Of a stretch of DNA of 64,000 nucleotides, positions 58,846 through 64,000 are shown in pieces. Every line of letters starts with the position of its first letter. Within the stretch, counting starts at the first letter, position 1. Under the pieces are notes generated by a model, which saw only the letters and a program-made list of their open reading frames with translations, was not told the origin of the DNA and did no database searches. The DNA is from an uncultured Spirochaetota bacterium. GTDB lineage: Bacteria > Spirochaetota > Spirochaetia > SZUA-6 > CAVTHK01. The position numbers and the translations under genes were made by a program. The stretch is taken from positions 608,001-672,000 of the forward strand of contig CAVTHK010000001.1 in assembly GCA_963734495.1 (NCBI GenBank), given 5' to 3'.

Positions 58846-59952
58846 ATGAGGTTTACATGCGAGCGAGACGCCATCACCCGCGAGGTCACGATCGCGCAGG
58901 AGATCGTGTCCTCCCGCAACGTGATGTCCATCCTTTCCAACGTGCTCCTGGAGGCCGCGGACGCGAGCCTCGTGATCAAGGCCACTGACCTCAAGGTCAG
59001 CTTCGAGACGCGCATCGGGGTCGAAGTGAAGACGCCGGGCAGCGCCACGGTCTACTGCGACAAGCTGCTCGGGATCCTCAGGAGCCTTCCCGAAGGCGAG
59101 GTCGAGTTCGAGCTCGACAACGGGGGCATGCTGTTCATCCGGCCGCTCGGCAAGAAGATCGACTTCAAGCTCCGCAGCGTGGCCTCGGAGAAATACCCCG
59201 AGATCCAGAGCATCGGCGACGAGCGCTACTTCGAGTTCCCGCAGGCTGACTTCAACACCATGGTGGCCCACACCATCTTCGCGGTCTCCGACGACGAGAC
59301 CCGCTACTTCATGAACGGCGTGTTCGTGGAAAAGAGCGACGAGCGGTTCACCATGGTGGCCTCGGACGGAAGGCGTCTGTCCCATATCTCGAAGCCGATC
59401 GCGAAATCGGTCGAGGACATCAAGGGCGTAATCGTACCCCCGAAGATCCTGGCCATGATGCGCAAGCTGCTCCCCGGCGAGGGGAACCTCTCGCTGTGCA
59501 TCACCGACCGCAGCGTCTTCGTCCGCTTTGGAGAGCGAAGGCTTTCCTCGAGCCTGATCGACGGCCAGTTCCCGAATTATCGCCGGGTGATCCCGGAATC
59601 GCAGCAGTATCGCGCGACGGTCGAGAAGCAGCTGCTGGAAAACGCCCTCAAGCGCGTCTCCCTGCTCGTCGAGCAGAAGTCCCGCCGGATCTTCGTGGCG
59701 CTGGAGGAGGGGAACCTGGTCGTGAGCTCCGAGGAGAGCGAGATCGGGATGGCGCGGGAGGAGATCCCCTGCGAGTACTCGGGCCCGCAGGGCACGATCG
59801 CGTTGAACTACGTGTACCTGCTCGAGCCGCTGCGCGAGATCGATACCGACACCGTTTCGATCCAGTACACCGACGTGAACAAGGCGGTCACCCTGACTTC
59901 GATGCCCGAAAAGGACTACGTCCACATCGTCATGCCCATGCAGGCCAAGTAG
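58846..59952 (+). CDS. dnaN: DNA polymerase III beta clamp
   Basis: ILSNVLL, ATDL, FAVSDDETRYFMNG, ASDGRRL, LIDGQFPNYRRVIP, VMPM. Confidence 0.97.
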   Translation: MRFTCERDAITREVTIAQEIVSSRNVMSILSNVLLEAADASLVIKATDLKVSFETRIGVEVKTPGSATVYCDKLLGILRSLPEGEVEFELDNGGMLFIRPLGKKIDFKLRSVASEKYPEIQSIGDERYFEFPQADFNTMVAHTIFAVSDDETRYFMNGVFVEKSDERFTMVASDGRRLSHISKPIAKSVEDIKGVIVPPKILAMMRKLLPGEGNLSLCITDRSVFVRFGERRLSSSLIDGQFPNYRRVIPESQQYRATVEKQLLENALKRVSLLVEQKSRRIFVALEEGNLVVSSEESEIGMAREEIPCEYSGPQGTIALNYVYLLEPLREIDTDTVSIQYTDVNKAVTLTSMPEKDYVHIVMPMQAK

Positions 59953-59970
59953 CCGGCGATCCCGAGCCCG

Positions 59971-61056
59971 ATGGGAGTCCGCAGCGTCAGGCTCTTCAGG
60001 TTCCGCAACCTCGCCGACACCGAGGTTGCGGCGGAGGCGCGCGAGGTCTTTCTCGTCGGCGAGAACGGGCAGGGCAAGACCAACTTTCTCGAATCGATCT
60101 ACCTGCTGGCCTTCGGAGCCTCCTTCCGCACGCGGCATGAGAGCGAGCTGATCCGCCGCGGCGAGGCGGAGACAGCGGTCCTCGGCACCTACGCGGACAG
60201 CAGCGGCTCCCGGTCCGTCGCGGTGCGCGTGCGCCGCGACGGCAGGAAGGAGGTCCAGGTCGACGGGAAGCCGGTGGTCGACCGCAAGACCCTCGCCGAG
60301 AACGTCCCGCTGATCCTCTTCTGCCACGGCGACCTTGAGTTCGTCTCGGGACCGCCCGAGCAGCGCCGGTGGTTCTTCAACCAGACACAGAGCCTGTTTG
60401 ACGCGCTGCACATCGACGCGCTGCGACGCTATCGCCTCGTGCTCAAGAGCCGCAACCTGGCGCTCAAAGACGGCCGGCGGGACCTGGTCGACGTCTATGA
60501 CCCGCAGCTCGCAGCTGCCGGGATCGAGATCCAGCGCAGGCGGGCGGCCACCACCGCGGAGTTCAACCGCGCCTTCGGCCCGATCTTCGAGCGAGTCTCC
60601 TCGGGCGCAGAGGCCCTGAGCATCGCCTACAGCCCGAGCTGGCGCGACGGAAGCGTGGAAGGTGCGATGGAGGCCCTCGGCGCCTCCCGCCCGCGCGACG
60701 AAGCCCTTGCGACCACCACGACGGGCCCGCACCGGGACGACTTCCGCTTTCTGGCGGGGGGCAGGGACTACTCGCGGCTCGCCTCCACCGGGCAGGTCAG
60801 GCTGCTCGCTCTCGCCCTGCGCGTGGCGCAGGCGGCCTACGTGGCCGCCATGAGCCGCCGCTTGCCGGTCCTGCTGCTCGACGACGTCCTGCTCGAGCTG
60901 GATTCCGGCCACAGGGAGCGCTTTCTCGCGGCGCTGCCGGAGTACGAGCAGGCCTTCTTCACCTTCCTGCCGGACGAGCGGTTTCAAGCCTACCGGAAGC
61001 CCTCCACGGTGGTCTATACTGTCCGCGAAGGGGTCCTCACGCCTTGGAGCGGGTAG
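59971..61056 (+). CDS. recF: DNA replication/repair protein RecF
   Basis: FRNL, GENGQGKTNFLE, GPHRDD, STGQ, LLLDDVLLELD. Confidence 0.95.
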   Translation: MGVRSVRLFRFRNLADTEVAAEAREVFLVGENGQGKTNFLESIYLLAFGASFRTRHESELIRRGEAETAVLGTYADSSGSRSVAVRVRRDGRKEVQVDGKPVVDRKTLAENVPLILFCHGDLEFVSGPPEQRRWFFNQTQSLFDALHIDALRRYRLVLKSRNLALKDGRRDLVDVYDPQLAAAGIEIQRRRAATTAEFNRAFGPIFERVSSGAEALSIAYSPSWRDGSVEGAMEALGASRPRDEALATTTTGPHRDDFRFLAGGRDYSRLASTGQVRLLALALRVAQAAYVAAMSRRLPVLLLDDVLLELDSGHRERFLAALPEYEQAFFTFLPDERFQAYRKPSTVVYTVREGVLTPWSG

Positions 61057-61346
61057 GAGAGATCCTCAAAACTCTTCTCGATCCCGAGACCGCGAAGACG
61101 GCCGAGATGTGGCACAGGTTCTTCGCTGCGTGGGCCGACCTGGTAGGGCCGGACCTGGCCGGTATCGCGCGCCTGGTCGAGGTCGAACGCGGCGAAGCGG
61201 TGGTCCAGGTCGAGCACCCCGCCGCGTCCCAGCTGCTCGGACTGCGCCGCGACGAGGTGCTGGCGAGGATCCGGCGCGACTTTCCGGAGGCGGACGTGCG
61301 CGGGCTGCGGGTCCAGGTGCGGCCGCCGGGCGGCCGGCCGCGCTGA
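61044..61346 (+). CDS. DUF721/DciA family protein
   Basis: WADLVG..LA, V.V.HPA..Q.L pattern; conserved position after recF. Confidence 0.75.
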   Translation: MERVGEILKTLLDPETAKTAEMWHRFFAAWADLVGPDLAGIARLVEVERGEAVVQVEHPAASQLLGLRRDEVLARIRRDFPEADVRGLRVQVRPPGGRPR

Positions 61347-61363
61347 GGCCACTCGAGGCTGCG

Positions 61364-61392
61364 TTGACAGCCTTTGCGGCTTCCCGTATATT
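61364..61392 (+). promoter_or_regulatory. Sigma70 promoter of rpmH-rnpA-yidC-jag (TTGACA-17-TATATT)
   Basis: Near-consensus hexamers. Confidence 0.7.
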
Positions 61393-61504
61393 GGGGCCGC
61401 CGTAGCGAGCCGGCGTCGCGGCGCCAAAAAGAGTTACTCGGCGCGCCCAACCGGTTCTCCGTGACTTTCCGCGCCACGAGCACAGCCCGAGGAGCTGAAG
61501 AGTT

Positions 61505-61660
61505 ATGAAGCGCACGTTTCAGCCGAGCCGTACGAGACGCCGACGCACGTTCGGGTTCCGCGCGAGGATGCACACAAAGGGAGGCAGGCTTGTCCTGAAG
61601 CGCAGGCGCGCGAAGGGCAGGATCAAGCTCACTGTCTCCGATGAGCACAAGCCGTACTGA
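61505..61660 (+). CDS. rpmH: 50S ribosomal protein L34 (missed by the ORF track)
   Basis: [51 protein letters not shown]. Confidence 0.97.
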   Translation: MKRTFQPSRTRRRRTFGFRARMHTKGGRLVLKRRRAKGRIKLTVSDEHKPY

Positions 61661-62024
61661 ACAACAGCCGGCCGGCCGCTCGAGGCTGCGCCTGAGAAGA
61701 GCCCAGCGCATCAGGGGGCGCTCCGCGGTCACAACGGTGTTCCGCCGCTCGCAGCGCGTGGGCGGCGACGACATGGCCCTCCTCTATCGTTCGAACGGCC
61801 TCCCGGGGACGCGTGTCCTCGTCAGCGCGCGGCGCGGATTCGATGGCGCTGTCGAGAGAAACCGCGAGCGCCGAAGGGTCAAAGAGATCTACAGGCAGAT
61901 CATGCCGCGCCTGCGCGCGGGTTACGACATTGCGGTCGTTGTCACCCCACCTCCCCGCAGTTTCGCAGTCCGGAGCGCGCAGCTCGAGTCGCTCCTGCGC
62001 CGGGCTGGCCTTCTGCTTTTCTGA
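61641..62024 (+). CDS. rnpA: Ribonuclease P protein component
   Basis: RI....[25 protein letters not shown]. Confidence 0.9.
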   Translation: MSTSRTEQQPAGRSRLRLRRAQRIRGRSAVTTVFRRSQRVGGDDMALLYRSNGLPGTRVLVSARRGFDGAVERNRERRRVKEIYRQIMPRLRAGYDIAVVVTPPPRSFAVRSAQLESLLRRAGLLLF

Positions 62025-62108
62025 CGGGGAGCTGATCCGCCCGGGCGAAGGCCGGGCGGCGACCGCCAATCACTCGCCGGATCGCGGCGGATCGGAGTCT
62101 GGAAGCAA

Positions 62109-63875
62109 ATGGACAAGAGAACGATCATAGCAGTCGTGCTCTCCGTGATCATCATCACGGCGAGCTTCGTCATCCAGTCGATGTTCTTTCCGAGCACGGT
62201 GCCGCAGCCGCGGCCCGCCGCGCCGGCGGCCGCTCCCGCGGCCTCCACCGGGCCGCAGGCCGTCCCGTCCGCGGCGGCCGCGCCCGTTGCCGCGCCGGGG
62301 ACGGCGGCCGCGCCGATCGCCGCGGCGCCGCCCGCCGCCGAGGTCGCGCCGGTCAAGAACGTGACTCTTTCGACCAACGCGTTCGATGCCACGTTCTCCA
62401 CGCGGGGCGCGGTGCTCACCTCGCTCAAGCTCAAGGCCTTCAAGGAGCGCGACGGCAGCCCCGTCGAGATGGTGATGTCGGGCGAGACCGGGATCTACCC
62501 CTACCGGCTCCTGCTCGACGGCTACGACACCGGCAAGGACGTCTTCGTCCAGGACCAGGTGCTGCAGCCGGATCGCCTTCAGTTTTCCAAAGCCTACGTG
62601 TTCACCAGGGACGGCCGGCAGGTCACGGTCACCGTGAGGAAGACCTTCGTCTTCAAGCGGAACGACTACATGATGCAGTTCCGCGTTTCGCTGGAGTCTG
62701 CGGACCGGACGGACCTGCCCCTCAAGGCTTACAGCTTCGCTTTCGGGCCGCAGATCGGCCCCCCTTTCAAGAAGCTGGACGAGCGCAGCGAGTACCGCCA
62801 CCTGATCTACTTCGACTCGAACGGGAAGCGCCAGGACTACACCACCAAGGTCAAGGGGCTCAAGGCGATCGGCGACCGGCGGGCCAGCTGGGCGGCGATC
62901 GAAGGCAAGTACTTCATCGTGATCGGGATCCCGAGCGTGAGCGACGTCGACGCCTTCGAGACCGGGTTCGACAACACGCCGGTCGCCGGGCTGCCGGACC
63001 GGAAGCAGGACAGCCTGACCTACGCGAGACAGGTGGGGCGCGGCGCCGCGCTCGACGAGGGCTTCAAGTTCTACGTCGGGCCCAAGAAGCGCGACGTCCT
63101 CCAGCGCTATGACGACGCGGACAAGAACGAGTGGCGCGACTACGGCCTCAAGCTCGAGGAGGCCGTGCCCTCCAGCTTCTGGGGCTGGCTTTCCGACGCC
63201 CTCAAGTGGATGCTGGAGACGCTGTACAGGCTGATCCCCAACTGGGGCGTCGCCATCATCCTGCTCACCATCCTGATCAAGATCGTTTTCTGGCCGCTCA
63301 CGCAGAAGAGCTACGAGTCGACGAGCAAGATGCAGGCGCTCGGGCCGAAGCTCACGGAGCTGCGCGAAAAGTTCAAGGACAACCCGCAGCGGATGAACCA
63401 GGAGACCGCCGCGCTGTACAAGCGGGAGGGGGTCAACCCTCTCGGCGGCTGCCTGCCGCTGCTGTTGCAGATGCCGATCTTCTTCGCGCTCTACCGCCTG
63501 TTCAACGACTACTTCGAGCTGCGCGGTGCCGCGTTCATCGCGGGCTGGATCCCCGACCTCTCGGGGCCGGAACAGTTCCTCACCCTCCCCTTCGCCATTC
63601 CCTTCCTCGGCAACACCCTGAACCTGCTGCCGTTCCTCATGACGGGAATGACGTTCCTGCAGCAGCTCGTCACGCAGACCCCGGGGACCCAGCCCACAGG
63701 GCAGACCAAGCTGCTCCTCTACGGCATGCCGCTGTTCTTCTTCTTCATCATGTACAACATGCCCTCGGGCCTCCTGCTGTACTGGACGGTGCAGAGCCTG
63801 CTGAGCTTCGTGCAGCAGTTCTACATCAATCAGCAGCGAATGAAGTCCCGCAGCGGGACAGGAGATAAGCGATGA
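62109..63875 (+). CDS. yidC: Membrane protein insertase YidC
   Basis: MDKRTIIAVVLS, GPK, NWGVAIILLT, GGCLPLLLQMPIF, WIPDLS, PSGLLLYW. Confidence 0.96.
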   Translation: MDKRTIIAVVLSVIIITASFVIQSMFFPSTVPQPRPAAPAAAPAASTGPQAVPSAAAAPVAAPGTAAAPIAAAPPAAEVAPVKNVTLSTNAFDATFSTRGAVLTSLKLKAFKERDGSPVEMVMSGETGIYPYRLLLDGYDTGKDVFVQDQVLQPDRLQFSKAYVFTRDGRQVTVTVRKTFVFKRNDYMMQFRVSLESADRTDLPLKAYSFAFGPQIGPPFKKLDERSEYRHLIYFDSNGKRQDYTTKVKGLKAIGDRRASWAAIEGKYFIVIGIPSVSDVDAFETGFDNTPVAGLPDRKQDSLTYARQVGRGAALDEGFKFYVGPKKRDVLQRYDDADKNEWRDYGLKLEEAVPSSFWGWLSDALKWMLETLYRLIPNWGVAIILLTILIKIVFWPLTQKSYESTSKMQALGPKLTELREKFKDNPQRMNQETAALYKREGVNPLGGCLPLLLQMPIFFALYRLFNDYFELRGAAFIAGWIPDLSGPEQFLTLPFAIPFLGNTLNLLPFLMTGMTFLQQLVTQTPGTQPTGQTKLLLYGMPLFFFFIMYNMPSGLLLYWTVQSLLSFVQQFYINQQRMKSRSGTGDKR

Positions 63876-64000
63876 TACGAGAGTTCGAGGGCAAGACGGA
63901 GAAGGAGGCCATCGACAAGGCCATCGAGAGCCTCGGGCTGAACCGGGACGAGATCGACATCGAGATCGTCGAGGCCAAGAAGGGGCTGCTGTTCGGAAAG
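63872..64000 (+). CDS. jag: Jag/KhpB/EloR RNA-binding protein (3' end outside window)
   Basis: MIREFEGKTEKEAIDKAIESLGL...IEIVE.KKGLLFG after yidC. Confidence 0.88.
   Translation, partial: MIREFEGKTEKEAIDKAIESLGLNRDEIDIEIVEAKKGLLFGK

Overview
High-GC bacterial chromosomal window, most likely a Spirochaetota (Spirochaetia) genome. The taxonomy is inferred from the Borrelia-like origin gene order, the spirochaete-type L34 C-terminus, a Treponema/kinetoplastid-type GAPDH and tRNA-Arg(GCG). Left part (1-29.3 kb): a large surface-glycan locus, almost all on the minus strand. It combines a complete 2-aminoethylphosphonate (AEP) pathway (PepM fused to a nucleotidyltransferase, Ppd, AEP transaminase, a second nucleotidyltransferase), three SAM methyltransferases, a Wzm/Wzt ABC exporter, two AsnB-type amidotransferases, a WbpA/B/D/E-like diacetamido-uronate pathway, GDP-fucose genes, six glycosyltransferases, a CDP-alcohol phosphotransferase and a wHTH regulator with an operator-like palindrome. 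This is the best candidate for an undescribed system: a phosphonate-decorated, amidated, methylated ABC-exported glycan. Right part (29.5-64 kb): housekeeping genes (cysQ, htpG, carD with an H1-like N-terminal tail, gap, asnS-aspS, gatCAB, dnaX-ybaB-recR, SRP RNA, four tRNA-Ser plus tRNA-Arg, parAB/parS, gyrBA, dnaA-oriC-dnaN-recF-dciA-rpmH-rnpA-yidC-jag). Many genes, including essential ones, carry single-base frameshifts, which most likely reflect long-read consensus errors rather than real pseudogenes. All calls come from motif recognition by eye; no database searches were run.
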